This document shows, piece after piece, positions 13,035 to 27,700 of a stretch of DNA of 64,000 bases. The stretch is from positions 806,001 through 870,000 of the forward strand of contig LSRY02000025.1 of NCBI GenBank assembly GCA_001643675.2, given 5' to 3'. The notes beneath the pieces were generated by a model. That model was not told the origin of the DNA and made no database searches. It worked only from the letters and a program-made list of their open reading frames with translations. This DNA is from Monocercomonoides exilis PA203. Its lineage: Eukaryota; Protista; Preaxostyla. Position 1 is the first letter of the stretch, and every line of letters starts with the position of its first letter. A program made the position numbers and the translations under genes.

Positions 13035-13428
13035 GAATGAAAAAGAAATGGGGAAAAAAAAGTGTATTTGAAAGAAGAGAATTTCAATTGCGCTGGTGAT
13101 CATCGCCAGTGATTTTTGTTTTGTGTTTGTTTTTTCCCCCTAAAGTTTGCTAATTTGTTTGAGCAAAGCACATATTTTGCTCCTCTTGGCCTCATTTTCG
13201 CAGAACAGGCGATTCTCAACGACAGAGTTGCACTGCCATGTGCTTCTGCATCCTTGCTCAGGCTTGCGACAGCCAAGGGCTTTCCTCAAAGCCCTCCGGC
13301 AACCAATAATCGATTGTCTGAGCCAGGCCTTGCCAATTCGCATAACATCACCCTCGGCCTTCTTGGCCAAAGAATGGCACAAAAGCCAAACACAAAAGGG
13401 TATTCAATATGCATGAGGTTGGAGGCAT
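13035..13428 (+). repeat. Conserved 3' flank co-duplicated with the receptor gene (copy 1)
   Basis: Aligns closely with 59957-60346 up to gaggttggaggc, then diverges. Confidence 0.9.
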
Positions 13429-14115
13429 CATAAAAAATATTATTTCTTTCCTTTGTTTTGCTTTTCCATTTTTCGTTTCACTGCTTCAACAATAAAAGAT
13501 TGCAGCCACATCACTCTGAAGATACAATAATTATTGGTTTTTTTTTATTATTTTATTTTCCTTCTGTTTTTATTTTTCCTGCAACCAAAGAAATTCCTTT
13601 TCCATATTCCCTTGCTGATGCTCCTCCGATGCCTCTGGCTTCGATCCTATCTCCTGCATTGCGCTGGATTGCGCCAATTTTAGCGAAGCCAAAGCCATCT
13701 GAATATGCTGTCTTTTGTGGTGTCTTGCTGTGCCTGTTGCAACTCCCTTGCTTCCCCAAAGCAGCACAACGCCCATTCCATCTGTTCTCCTTGCTGGACA
13801 AAAGCAATCTCTTCCAGCCACTCATTCGAGTTGAGTGTGCACATGGCCCGCACGATTCGTTCCCTCTTCCCCGATGCTTTCTCTTTAAAAATCATCATAT
13901 TTGATTATGTGGATTATTTCTAATCTTTTAAAAAATTTATTCATTTTCATATGATTTAAAAAATTGAAATTATAGTCTATTTTTTAATTAAAAAAGGAAT
14001 AATCAAGCCAATAAAACAAATATTAGAACTTAAAGTTTGAATAAAACAAATAAAAACGAAAATTTAAAACACATCTATCACAATGGTAAAATAAGCAAAG
14101 CATATTTACATAATA

Positions 14116-17100
14116 TTACTGAAACGGATAAAGGTTATGTTGGGACGGAGGCGGCATAAGAGGAACAAGATGAGCCGTTTCAGGCGACAAAGAACCTTGA
14201 GACGGAGATAATTCTAACGAACTACATTCCATATGTGGATTTTCAATGCTCAAAGGCTGAAGAGGAGGATGATCAGAAGTTGAATGGGAAGAATGAATAG
14301 ACGGATTGGATTGGATTGGATAAGGAGAATGAGATGAGAAGAGGGTGTTCACTGGAAGTGGAGGATGATCCGATTGAGAAGTCTGAAAAGAATGACCGTC
14401 AGAAGCAGATGAGCTTGGTCTGCCTGTTGTTGGCGAGGCAGTCTGCTTCTCCCAGTCACTCTGACGAGGGTGATTGCCGGTACCGTCCTTGCTATTAATA
14501 CAGGTGCTATTGCTTCCGCCTCTAGCTGAAGAAGAAGAAGAAGAAGAAAACATAGCATCAGCAAATGATGAACCGTTGTTAAACACGAAACGTGCAACAT
14601 CGCCATTTGGTGAGTAGCAATGGAACAATTCTGAGCCAGGGCCAACAACGTCAACCATAACACAGTCGCTCTTCCGGATAAGCGAACCTGCTCTTTCCGT
14701 TGCAAGCGGCGAGTGTGTCAGAGATGGCTGTACTTGAGGAGAAAGCGAAGGAGAATTTGAAGATGAAAACGGATTCTGTTGTCGAGGGGAAAGAAGGAAG
14801 ATACTTGAGCGGTCTTCGGTGGAAAGTACAGGAAATACGATTGATTGGTTCTGTTGAGAAGGAAACGGAGGGTGTGAAGATACTAGCTGTGCTGATGAAG
14901 GCGAGGAATCAGGTGGAGGCGGGGGTAGTGGAGAAGGCTCAACTGTTGATGTGGAACGTGGCGGCTCAGTCTGGAGACGATCCAGAACTGGATCTATCGC
15001 AATTGACGGATTCAGCGGAGCAGTTTTCTGGTTCACGGTTGATGAGAGTGTGCGCTGGTGGTGCTGATGGCGATGCTGCAATTGAAGCTGCTGTTGGAGT
15101 TGCTGCTGCTGCTGTTGTGCACGGACGCTCATAAAATGAGAGGAGCTATTTTGCTGGCGGAAAATAAATGACTCGTTCTCATGAGGATAAATACGACTCT
15201 TCGAATCAGGAAGATCACTCGCTGTCAGTCCGTTCTCTGCATACAAAGCACGTTGATTCTGGTGAATGCAATCTGAATCGTTCGACGGAACCATCCACGA
15301 TGGTTGTGGGGCAGCTGATGTTTGGCTGCGGAAGGAAAGAGACGTGTTGTCCAGAGGCGAGCGGAGAATGCCTGGGAGTGCATTTTCCTTCATCAGAGGA
15401 AGAGCAGTTGCCTTTCTGCCTTTCACATCTTCTGTCGGTGGTAGAAGGAGATTTGAGTTCGCATCTACAACATGAGAAGTGAAGGAGATCGGATGTGGTT
15501 GTGGAGAAGGCGATGGTGCAGCAGCGAGATACATGGATGTCTTCAGATTTGCTTCGGGAACTTCACAGTAAGGAGGAGAAGATTGATCAGATGGAAAGCT
15601 GGAGGAGCAGCCAGAGGAATATGAGGAGCCTGTGGTGCCAGTCGAGGAATAAGAAGAAGAGTATGAGCGAGTAGAAACGTTGGAGTCGTCAGAGGATGAT
15701 TCGCTTTGCGAGGACTCGCGAGACGAGAGAGACGAAGTTGAAGTTGAAGTTGTGGTGGATGTGGTAGTGGAGAAAGAGCTGGATAGCACACTTGACTCTG
15801 ACGAATTTGAGCATGCAACAGACGCTGGACTTATCTGCGAATACTGTGTGTACACTAAAGACGGCATCTTTTGAGTTATGCGTTGCGGTTTTTGCTTCCG
15901 AGAACGTTCTTGAGTGGATGGGATGTTTAACTGGAGGATAGCTTCGTGTGGAAGAGGAGGCTGAGACGGCACTTGTATCGCAGTGATTGGCGTCAGCTCC
16001 TCTTCTTCCTCTTCTTCTTCGTCTTCCATTGCAGAAGTCTTGCTTCTGGTCATCTGCCCAATAATTGGTATCTCCTTTGGCATGGTGCTGCTTTGTGTTC
16101 TCTTCCCTTTCTTCAACTTCTTCTTCTTCTTCCTTCGAGTTGTTCCATGAGACGGAAATGTCGAGTCCACATTCGTCGATGGGGAGATCTGATCTGTCTT
16201 CGTGCTCTCCACTTTTTCTGTGCGCGAATTTGAGCCTGCTTCCGAATCGTTGCCTTCCATCAGCGGATGCATTGTGTACTCTGTCTCTGCAGAGTCTGCA
16301 TGTGTTGAGAGATATTGCGTTGACTCACCACCAGACGAGTTCGTTGAAGTCTGCATCGTCAACGGTGTATCAGAGCGGTTGTCTGAAACAAAGGAGGCAT
16401 TCGATTCAGATTGGATGAGTGTCTTTGAAGAGCCACAATCTGAAAGCAAGCTTTCTCTGCTGGCCTTTCGGTGGCTTGTTTTGATGCCTGGCAAATGTGA
16501 CGATGAATTCAAGTTGTCGTACACAAACGATGCTGAAAGATGCCTCGGATGAAGCGGTGCAATTGGTGCTTGCACAAATCCAGGCTCTTCTGACGGAGAT
16601 AGAATAAACGAAGATGTCGACGAAGTTCCTGCTGCAGAGGCAATTGACGATGCAGCAGACCCCATCGCCGGCTGTGGAGATGCGCTGAAATGTGTATGTG
16701 GCATCGATAGCTTGACAAGCCTTCTCCCTGTTTCATTTTCAAATACACTTTGTTCTGATTCTGTTAGCTTTGGGCTGATGTCTGGCCTCAAATGACTTCT
16801 GGGGCTGCCCTTTGGAGACAAGTCAAATGAATGTTTTGTCTGATATTCGCTTGTAATGCATTCATCCTCCAACTTCGATGTGGATGTGCGCAGTGATGAC
16901 GTAGACACTTGACTCTTCAAAGGAGGAGGCAGCAGCTGCTGATGCTGCCCCCTTCCCATCAACCCACTTGCTGCTGTGTGTGTGTGTCCGTGTGGATGCG
17001 ACTGAGTGCGGCGCATGCTTTCGTGCTGAGAAGGAGGACATGGCCTGATTGAGGGATGTGGAGTTAGCTGCCCTGGTTGTGTAGTGCTCTCTCTAGGTGA

Positions 17101-20100
17101 CTGGAGATTGGAAGAAGCTGAAGTCAAAGAAGGAGAAGGTGCAGTGAACAGAGTCGGCTGAAGAAGCTGAGCGTATGTTGCTGTTTGGAAGGGGTCTTGT
17201 ACATCTGAGTGGTGCCCGTGCTTCTTCTTGTTGCGCTGTGATTTGTGGCGCCTGTGTGAGTGCGAGTGTGAGTGAGAATGTGAATGCGAATGCGTTTTCT
17301 TCTCTCTCTCTTTGGCTGAGTGGTGTCTGCTGCGATGGTGCCAGTGAATGAAAGCAGGCGTTGCAGAAGACGATGAAGAGGAGTCTGTTGGAGATGTCTG
17401 AGGCGAAAAGGCTGTTGCGAATGAGCCAAACATGATACGATGCTCTTCTTGGAGCGTGCGCTTTCCGGTGTTTAACGGATCAGGCTGCTTCATCCCCATC
17501 TCAAAGATGTTGTTTGTGTGTGTTGCTTTGTGGTGCTTGCTTTTCCTCCTCTTCCTCTGCTGGATATGCTTCTCCATTGAAGACGATGTAGTCGACGAGG
17601 CAAGCGTGGCAGATGGATGTGCATAAAACAATGAGCCATCAATCATCCCTGCCCCATCCGCTGAGTCTTTCTGATCTGAATGTGCCGACGACGACAGAGG
17701 AGAAGAGGAAGGAGAAGACGCCTTTGCACTTGAGCTCAATCTGTGTGAAGAAGCGAGTGTTGGACTCTTTTTGTTGTTCTTCTCGTTTCGTTCGTCTTTT
17801 TTGTTGTACGTGATGATGTTTGTGTATGTTGGTGTGACAGGAGAAATGCTGGACTTGTCCTGTATCATGTATCGAGGGTCGCCTGGTGGAAACAGCACTG
17901 ACTGATCACCTGAATAGCGAGCATCCCCGTAGCTTGTGCCCAAATCGCTCTTGTGCCGCTGATGGCGAGATGAGGAAAGTGGATATTGTAACATATTACG
18001 TTGATCATCATCAGCAGACACAGTCAACCTGTCGTCTTCTGAGCCGTATTCGTCGTTTGCATTGGACCGGCCGATGATTGAGCCTTTATTGCCGCTGCTG
18101 CTGATGTTGTTGATGTTCAGCATGTTCCCTGCTCTTCCTGCTGGCTGTGATGGTCCTCCAGCAATACGATGGTGTGTCTGGTCAGCAACTGCTAATATCT
18201 GAGGGGCAGGTGTGGGAGATAGTGAAAAGAGGCTCTGATTAGACATAATGGGCGCAATCAGCTCGGATGTGAATGAAGGAGAGGTTGACGTTCTGCTTAA
18301 GAATTTCCTGACCGGCGCAGCATTAGTGGATGAGGCGAAGATGTTTTGCGCCTTCTCCAGCTTGTCGAACCCTTGAAATCCCACACGAAAGTTCTCATCA
18401 ACAAACTTTTCATATTCAATCCGGCTGGGTTGATGATTGTTTTGCTCTGATGAATCTGACACTTCCTCTTCTTCGCTGACATCTTCATATTCCTCGTCTT
18501 CCTCGTCTTCTCCTTCCTCTTCTTCATCAAAGCTTTCACCCGATCTCTTGTCTTCAGACAGAATGTGATGGATAATCTCGCCTGTGCTTCTGTTCAAGTA
18601 ACCTGATGATCCATTTGCATTGTTTTCCTGTCTATTCTCATTGGCGTTCCCTTTGTCTCTGCCTCCTCTCTCCTTCATCATCTGCATCGCAGCTGCACGA
18701 GACGGCAGAATATTCGATGTTCTTTCTGTGCCTGACACCGACGACGAAGACAAAGCAGACCGCTGCCTTTGAGAAGAACGCGACTGCCCGCTGTTGGAAT
18801 TGTAGGAAGAGGAATGGGAACCAGAGGGAGAATGAACAGACGATTGATTAGAGCCATCCTGGTCGCTGGGAACAGAATGCGCACGCAGCTTCCTTCGCAG
18901 CCTGGTTTTTCTTGTGCCTTTCGTTCTCCCTTTCTCTTTGGCTGCTTCTATTCCTCCTCCTCCTCCTCCTCCTCCTCTGTTTGTTTCTGTGGTGTTTTCG
19001 ATGGCTGCCATGTGAGGCGATGTTGTGTGCTGAGAGCGGAACTGGCCTGTGCCTTTGCCTCTTCCTCGCCACGTGTCAGTTGTGTCACTTTCATTCGCTA
19101 CTGAGTCTTCATCGTTGTCATCATCTCTGTACTTCCCTTTCTCTCTTCCTTTATTGTTGTGCATAGCTGATTCAATATCTGCTTCTTTAACTTTGCGTGA
19201 AATGGATGAAGGAATAACTGGGCTAGACAGCGACTTCTTAGTTAATATTCCTGCATTTTCATCTGCTTCGATTTCGCACTGAAGCAGAGAGATCAGCGGG
19301 ATCGCTGTTGTCGAGTGAGCTCCCACAGGAGAAGTGGCATTGCCTGAAGAAGAAGAAGAAGAAGATGCATTTGGCGCAAATGTGACTGTCTTTTGATGAT
19401 GCTCAGCTTTCGTCGAATGCAGAGGCATCGATCTGCGAGGTGGAGGAGGCACAAATCCCTCTGAAGACGCTGAAGACTGTGAAACCACAGTTGAAGGTGT
19501 TGATGATACAGAAGGATGCTCAGAGATACTTGATGTCATCGACTCCTCTGGCGCCAGATTTGGCGGAAGCGGAGCATTTGTGCACTCCGAAATGGCTGTT
19601 GGCAGACTCTCGATCGCTTCTGCTGCTTTGATGTCTGCAAAAGCGGGCTTGTTTTGAGGATCGTCGGCAGACGGGATGGGCAGTTTGTGGTCAGTTTTTG
19701 AAAGCATCGGAGACACAACTGGCTGTCTCTCAATGAATGCCATCAGATTGCCTCCATGGACACTGTCATCGTCCATTTCGGGTGTCATGTTGAGAGGTCT
19801 GTCTCCAGTCACCACGCCCGACAAGAGTGTCTGTCTTCTCACTTCTTTACTCCTCCCCCGCAGTGCAGGAGTGCACAAGGGAGAAGGAGGCGGTGTGTCT
19901 GAGTCAGGTGAGAATTGTGATTGAGTGGATTGGTTGGACTGATTTGACTGATTCGATCGATTTGATGCATCTGACACCTGGGCGTACTCCTGTGCCTGCT
20001 TCGGGGTGGGCTCTTGTGTGATGGCAGGTTGAGCAGGCAGCTGGTTGGTCGGGTGAATGGAGGAAGAGGTAGAGGCAGACTGCTGGCTGTCATCACGTGG

Positions 20101-21678
20101 TGAGAGTGACTGTGGGTTTCTGGGTGAGATGGACTTTGTCTCGTCTGCTCTCTGATGAGCTGGTCTGTCTGGAGGGATCAGTGCGCCTGTTGTGAAGCTG
20201 TGCACAATCACCTGCTCCTTCTCGCTCTTCTGCGGAGGCACCTGGTCTGCTGGCTGCGAGGGCTTGGGTGTCTTGTGGCGGTGTCTGTGGCCAGGGCGGT
20301 GGTGATGGATGAGGCTGCGGTTGCGGCAGCTGCCGAGTGTGGTGCACGTAACAGCAGCAGCTGACTCGGTCGCATCAGACGGGTCGTGTTTCTGGCTTTG
20401 GGTGGTTGATTTCGACTCCTTTCGTAAGATGATGCTTTCGGTGATGGAGGATTCCTTTTGAGGCATTGATTGTTGAACAATCTGCTCTTGTTCTTGTTCC
20501 TTTTGTTCTTGATCTTTTCTGACAGAAGCTTCGATTCTCTGACTCTCTCCTTTTGTATTCTGAACGCTCTGAGAAGTGTGAGCAGACTGAATAGAAGCAA
20601 TTTCCGGTGTAATAGCCAGCGCTTTGCTGTTTGAAAGAGGGGTTGTGCTTGGAATAGCAGCAGAAGGAGAAATAGGAGAAATCGGAGAGAGAGGGGAGAT
20701 AGCAGCCATTTTTGAGTGCTGTCTGTGTGTTGTGTTTGTGCTTTTGTGCGTCTTCCCACCAGAAGTCTGTGTCTTTCTGCTTCTGGATGAAGAGGAGCCT
20801 GTTGAGGATGAAGAAGAGGAGGAAGAAGAAGAGGAGGAGTTGCTGACTTGTGAAGCTATTCCATCGATGTTGCTTTTGACTGAACGCCATGTGGGTGACC
20901 TTCCATCTTGTTGTGTATGCCCCTTGCTGTTAGGAAGTTGACTAGCTTGATTATTAACATTACTCATATTATTATTATTAATGCTATTACTTCCATTATG
21001 ATGATGATGGTGATGGTGATGGTGATGGTGATGATGGCTATGCTGATGGCCATGCTGAAGAGAGCGTGATTTAGTCGACCGCGATGAATGAGTGGCGTGT
21101 GTGGAGTGTGTCTGTGAGGAAGACGGCGTCTCGCTTCCTTCAGAGCGGTGGAGGTGAACAGGCGCAGGGAGCATCATTGTGCCTATTTGAGTGAGCTGCT
21201 GCGGAGGATTGTCAGGCAGGCCGATGTTGTATGAGGAGACAGCAACAGAATCAGTGGTGATGATGAGGGTGGGGATGGCAGTAGTGTTGAGGGAGGAGAG
21301 AGGTTGAGATGATGATGATGATGAAATAGTTGTTGTGGAAGAAGAAGAAGACGATGATGAAGAAGAGGGAAGTTTGAGAGAAGTCGAAGTCGAAGCAGAA
21401 GTTGAAGGTGGCGATGGTAATGTCAATGAAGATGAAGCTACAACTGCTGCAGCAGCAGAAGATGAAGATGCTGATGCTGATGATAATGTTGATATTCCAT
21501 TCAATGTTTGTTGTCCATTGTTCTGTCTGTATTTCATTAGAGATGTGACCTGCTGCGGTGAATGCTTCTTTTTGGTAGGCATAAAAACAGAAGAGAACTC
21601 GTTTCGTTGTGATGAAAGAGGAGGAAGATGTTGAATGGGAAGACGAAGTGCCACACGCGATGGAATGGAATAATGAGA

Positions 21679-21709
<31 letters not shown>

Positions 21710-24700
21710 CAGGAAGAGGAGGAGGAGGAGGAGGAGGAAATTGAATAAGAAGAAGATGAAGATGATGATGATGAAGGATAAAAAGAAGAGGAAGAGGAAG
21801 AGGTGGATGCAAAGGAAGAATAAGGAGGACGAGGTGGAAGAGTGGTAAAAGAGAAAGGTGGGTGAGGTGTGACAGGCAATGGCTGAGATAAAGTTGCTGT
21901 GGAAGAAGAAGTGGAAGATGAGGAGGAGGAAGAAGATGGCCAAGTTTCTGCTTTAACCAAAGAAGGAACAGCAGAAGAAGAAGAAGATGATGATGACGAT
22001 GAATCTAATACTGTTGTTTTCAATTCTCTTCCATTTCCTTTCACCTTATTCTCAGGCGAGCTTGCCAGCTCAGGTGTCTTCTCCCAGCTGCCTCTGCCTT
22101 CTTTGCATTCCTGTGCTGATCGAAGAATGGTGCAGACAGCAGCTAACGAGGCATTATTGCTATTATTATTATTATTATTAAAACTATTATTACTGATATT
22201 GCTTCTATTATTATTAGCATTATTATTCATATTGCTTATATTTGTATTATTATTAGTATTATTATTGAGTGTTTTGCGTGGCTGGATGGGCGAAGAAAGA
22301 GAGCTGACAGAAGGTGAAGGAGAGAGCGTGAAGGAAAGAGCAGGGGAAGGGGTGGGGGGGATGGTGAGAGAGGAAGAAAGAGGAGAAATATCCAAAGAAG
22401 AAGAGGAGATGGATGAGGAAGAGGAAGAGGAAGAAGAAGAAGAGGAGGAGGAGGAGGAAGGATAAGAAGGACAAGAAGGAACAGGGGAAATGAATGGAGG
22501 ATTGAGTGTGGATGAGAATGAGTGGAAGGAAGGGGAAGATTCAAGTGAAAAAGAAGAAGAGGAAGAAGAAGAAGAAGAAGTTTGTATTCTATTATCATCA
22601 GAACCAACAGAAGGTGACAAAATCTTCTGAGGACACAGACTGATCACCCGCGTGTAGTACTGGCTGTCTCTTTCTTTCTTGTTCAAATCAGAGTTTTGAG
22701 GAAGAATAATTGCATTTTCATTCGACTCTTCTTCATTTTCTCCTTTCTCTCTTTCATTTTCTGTTAATTTTGTATCATTTTGTGTTTCTTTGGCTTGTGG
22801 GCTTATTCCTAAACTTGTATCAGATGAAACATAAGGCAAAATTGAATCCGAAGAAGAGGAAAGAGAAGGAGAGAGAGAAAGAGAGAGAGAAAGAGAAGAC
22901 GAAGAAGCAGAGGGCGCAAGTTGTTTCAATGATCCGTTTGTTGAAGTGGTGGAGACAGCGACAGAAGAAGGAGAAGAAGACAAGTCAATGCTATCGCGAT
23001 GATGCTGAGCAAAAGAGGCGAAGAATTGAGAAGTGCTGGCTATTTCGTGAGGAGGGAGAGGAAGCAGGACAGAAGGGGAAGGGGCGGATGTGGTGCGAGA
23101 AGGGGGAGAAGAGGAAGGGGGAGAAGAAGAAGGAGGGGTGGAAGAAGATGTGAGGGCATCTGAATGGGAAGATGGAGTGGCAGTGCGTTCGGGCAATGAA
23201 TGAAGAAGATCGTTGGTGGAGGATGGGGCTGGTGGAAGAGAGTGGGATGGGAGAGAAGAAGAGGAGGAAGAAGAAGAAGAAGAAGAGGAAGGGGAAGATG
23301 ATGAAGATGAAGAAGAGGAAGAAGAGGAAGAAGATGAAGCTGGAGGAATAAAAGAAGGAGAATGAGGAGGAGAAGAAGAAGAATTTGTAGGTGAGGTTTC
23401 TGGAGAATGCGAAGTTGCAGTGGAATGAGAAGGAGAAGCATTTGAATCAATTGAAGAAGAAGAAGAAGCAGAAGCAGAAGCAGAAGCAGAAGCAGAAGCA
23501 GAAGCAGAAGCAGAAGAAGAAGTCGAAGAAGCATCAGCTTGCTCAACAATTCCAGCAGTTGATGTTGCATATGCTGTCATCGTAGCATTTGCTGTTCTAT
23601 TTCCTCTTTCTCCTTCTCTTCCATTTCCATTCAAATTTTCATTTTCTCTTCTTCCTTCTTCTCCTTCTCTTCCTCCTTCTTCTCTTCCATTCCACACCCC
23701 ATTCCTCACTGCTGATGGTCTTGGATCCAGCTTTGCCCCGTCCCATCTGATTGATCCGAACTCGTCTTCTTGTTCTTCTTCGTATTTTCCTTTCTCTGAA
23801 GCACTAAAATCCATATTGCCGATCAAAAACAGCTCTTTTCCTTCGCCTGATTCTTCGCTTGTGGAACAGGTTATTTCTTCTTCTATCTCAATTGTTTCAT
23901 ATTCTGATGAGGAAGAAGAAGAAATTGCTGTTGTTGTTGAATCTGTTTCTTCTGTGCTTTCGCTTTCGTCACTTTCTTTTTCTTCTTTTTCTTCCTTTTT
24001 CTTTTCATTTTCTTTGCTTCCTTCTTTATCATTGTGCATTGTTGAAAAATTTTCCTTTTTCTCGTTTTCTCCTTCCACAAAATCCGTCTGACCGTACGAA
24101 AACTTCACATTTTCCTTTTGCTTTCCTTCTCCCTCCTCTTTCTCCTTCTCCTTCCTCCTCCTTCTCCTTCTCCTTCTCATCTTCCCCTTCCCTTTCCCCT
24201 TTCCATATCTTTGCTTTGCAGATGTCTTCTTTCTCCTCACCAATCTTTTCACAATTTTGTGCTTCTTTCTTCTTCTTCTCTGAAACACAGATGAACAACA
24301 ATAAGATGATTGGCCATAAGATGTGAGGGTGTATAATGAAGAAGGAGTAAGCATTGCATAAATATAAGGGTACGACGATGACAATGAAGAGGCATAACTA
24401 GAAGACAATGAAGAAATAGATGAAGAAGAAGAAGAAGAAGATGATGATGATGATGATGAAAAAGGCGAAACATAAGCAGGATATCCAAAGCTTCTCTGCA
24501 TATCGCCTTGTCCATAGACACCTCCCCATCCTCCTCCTTCTCTCATCCCATATCCAAAATATTCTCCATTCATCCCAAACTGCATTCTGTTCTTCGGTGG
24601 CGTGTCATACGCATCCCCATAGCCAGCAGGAATAACACCGTCATTGTATGAGGGAAGGCAATACCGCAAGTTCTGCGGGTTGCTCTCCTTGTTATTCGCA

Positions 24701-27700
24701 TTCGCGCCCATTTGTGGGGCTTCGGTGAATTTACTCCCTCTTTCTCTTTCTCTTTCTCTCTCTAACTGCATTTTCACATCCATATTCATGTTAATATTCA
24801 TGTTCATGTTCATGTTCATCTCATCCACATGTCCTAATCCTCCTCCTCTTTCTTCTTTCTCCATCTGTCCTTTCATTGCTGGCACTCCCACTCCCACTCC
24901 AACACCTGCTCCCACCCCTACACCTGCCCCAACACCCGCTCCAACACCTGCCCCAGCCTCCACCTTCACCTTCACCCCCTCCTCTTCCTCCTGCAGCAAC
25001 GTCGACAATCTGTTCTGCAGTGGTGGCGAGTGTTCAAAATGTGCATCTGAAATCCCTGTTGGCTGCTCCACCTGCTGCTCATCCATCTTCATCTGCTGCG
25101 AAGACAATGAAGTTATCCCTGGAAACAGATCCGCATACGGCGTGGGTGTGTTGATGGGGATGAATGGCGGGTGTGGCGAGATGCCTGGGCTGTATGGAGT
25201 GTTTGGCTGCGACTGCTGGCTCTGTTGACTGGAGGACGGAGTGATGCTGCCTCGTGACAGCATCCCGTCTTCCAGCATCATCAGATTCGTCTCGGCTTCG
25301 GGCTCTTTGAGAAAGTTAGGCTTGTCTGTGCGGATGGAGGAGTCTTCGGATGGTGCTGTTGAAGAAGTGGTAGAGGAAGAAGAAGAAGAACTTGAAGAGG
25401 AGGAAGAGGAAGAGGAAGAAGAAGATGATGATGATGAACCAGGTTTCCTCTCCTTCATCAACGAAGCCGACAGATCGTGTGATATTCCACCTCCAAAGTG
25501 TTCATCGTTGTTCTCTTCATCCATCTCTGTCTCTATCGCCAGCGACGGCACATTCCTCACATGCTTCATGAGTGGAGACAAAGGCAAGTCCATCTCCTCT
25601 TCGCTTCCCGACAGCATCCCATCAGACGCAGCATCGTTCTGTGAAGACTCTTCCACACACGCCATCATCGTCTGCTTTGAATGGAGCAAGCGACGTGGCG
25701 AGTCAACAGCAGAGACTGCCCCCAGATGTACGCTATTGGGGGCAGTGGAGCAGGCAGAGGAAGAAGGCGAGCTGGGGGAAGAGTGGTGGGGAAAGCTGAT
25801 GAGGAGAACGGGGGTGCTGGGGGTGACGTGGGGCTTGCTGTGCATGATGATGGTGGTGGTGGGCTGGATCGGGGTGGTTGGGGAAGAGGAGGTTGAGGAG
25901 GAAGAAGAGGAGGAGGAGGAAGATGAAGAAGAGGAAGAAGAAGAAGAGGATGAGGAAGAAGAAGAAGGTGGTGGTGGATGCCTTTGTGGTTGAGTGGGCG
26001 TTAGTTGTGTTGCAAAGGAAACTCCTCTGCGAGGTGAATGCTGAGGGGAGTGAAGGGGAGAGTGAAGAGGCGTGTCTGAAGGAGAAATGGAAGGTGAGAG
26101 GGAAGACGAATGAGAAGAGCCGATAGAAGAGGAGCGAGACTGAGGAGCCAATGGATACATTCCAAGTGGATGGGTGAGAGAAGGAGAGAGGGTGTGGGTG
26201 GCTTGTTGTGTGGAATAGGTGCTTGTGGGAGAAGTGTTGGAAGAGGAAGAGGAAGGAGAAGGGGAGAAATAAGAAGAGGAAGAAGAAGAGGAAGAAGAAG
26301 AAGATGATGATGATGCTGAAGAAACAAAAGAAGGAGGAGGGTAAAGAAGACTTCTATTGCCCACAAGAGATCCCTCATGGATAGCTCTGCCTGTCTGCAG
26401 ATAGCCAAATGGCAGGTGGGGCGCTGTTGTGTAGTGTGGTGTGTCTGAGTGGCGGTGGCGCCTGTGGTGGTGTCTGTGCCTGCTGCGTGAATGGGCTCTG
26501 GGCGAATGCTCTGTGTGATGCGGGTGAGAAGGATGAGAAGGATGAGAAAAATGAGAGGGTGCATTGTTGGGTTGTGTGGCGTGTGGGTTGGCTGAGAGCT
26601 GGTTGTCATAGAAATGCTGAATCAGCCTTCGATCGTTCTCCACTCCAAGAGCATTCTGTGGGTGTGTAAGTGAATGCTCAAATGCCATCTCTTGTTCTCT
26701 TCCTTCAAAACAGGAAGAAGACTGACGACTGCTCTTGTTGAGCAATGCCAGCTTCGACGCAGAAGACGAAGACTGTGCTAATCTGCCTGCTTCTCCTTTT
26801 GCACCTTCTTTTCCACCTTCTTCCTCTTCCTCCTCTTCCTCCTCTTCTGTTGTTGTTGTTGTTGTTGTTGGTCGCTGCACCGCCAGCAACTGATCAGCTG
26901 ATCTGTGAATGTGCGACGCCTCCGGGTGGAGCATCTCCTGTTCCTGTGGCATCTGCGGTGACTGCAGATTCGATGTGGGGAGGCTGTGAGAGGAAGAAGG
27001 AGAAGGAATTTTGCTGAACTCCAAGCGGAGCGCCCCTTCTTCCATTTGGCTGATTCGGCGGCTGTCTGCTGCTGCTTTGTGGATGATGTCGTGTTTCGAG
27101 GAGTGATGGAGAGATTTTGAGTATTTTGAGTGTGTGGGAAGAGGCACACGAAGCAGCGAGTGGTCAGAATTGGTTGAGTTTGATGAAGAAGTGGAATGAA
27201 CAGAATGTGTTGAATGCATCGAATGAGCATGGATTGAAGTGTCATGAAGAGGAAGATCAGATGAAGACGCAGATGTGCCAGACAAGGCAAGAGAAGGCGA
27301 GCACGGATCAGGCGACGTGAAGGGCGGGTTTAAAAGAGACAGCTGTTTTGGTGCAGCAGGCTCCTGTGACGTGTGTGACGTGGAGGATGTGGAGGTGTTG
27401 GCAGAAGTGGGAGAAGCGATAGAGGCGGAAGAGGAGAAGGCAGAGCGTGGGGTGGATGGTGCGGGCGTGGAGACAGACCGCCCGCGTGTTGAGTTGGTTG
27501 ATGTGGTGGTGGCAGCAGTGGCAGAGGTGGGTGGAGTGGCTGTGGTGGCAGACGTCGAGGGAGTGGCTGAGTCTGTCGGCGCAGACAGATCAGTCGACAC
27601 ATCTTCAGACTCTTTCGAGGCCTTTCCGGGCTTCTTCTTGCGACGCTCGCTTGTGGACGTCCGCTCAGTGAATGCACCTGAGAGCAGAGGAGATCTTCCC

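Noticed and set aside
13553-13904. GC-richer patch with GFGFAKI on the minus strand (DFG-like)
   Set aside because: No other kinase motif in frame, so it is too weak to call.
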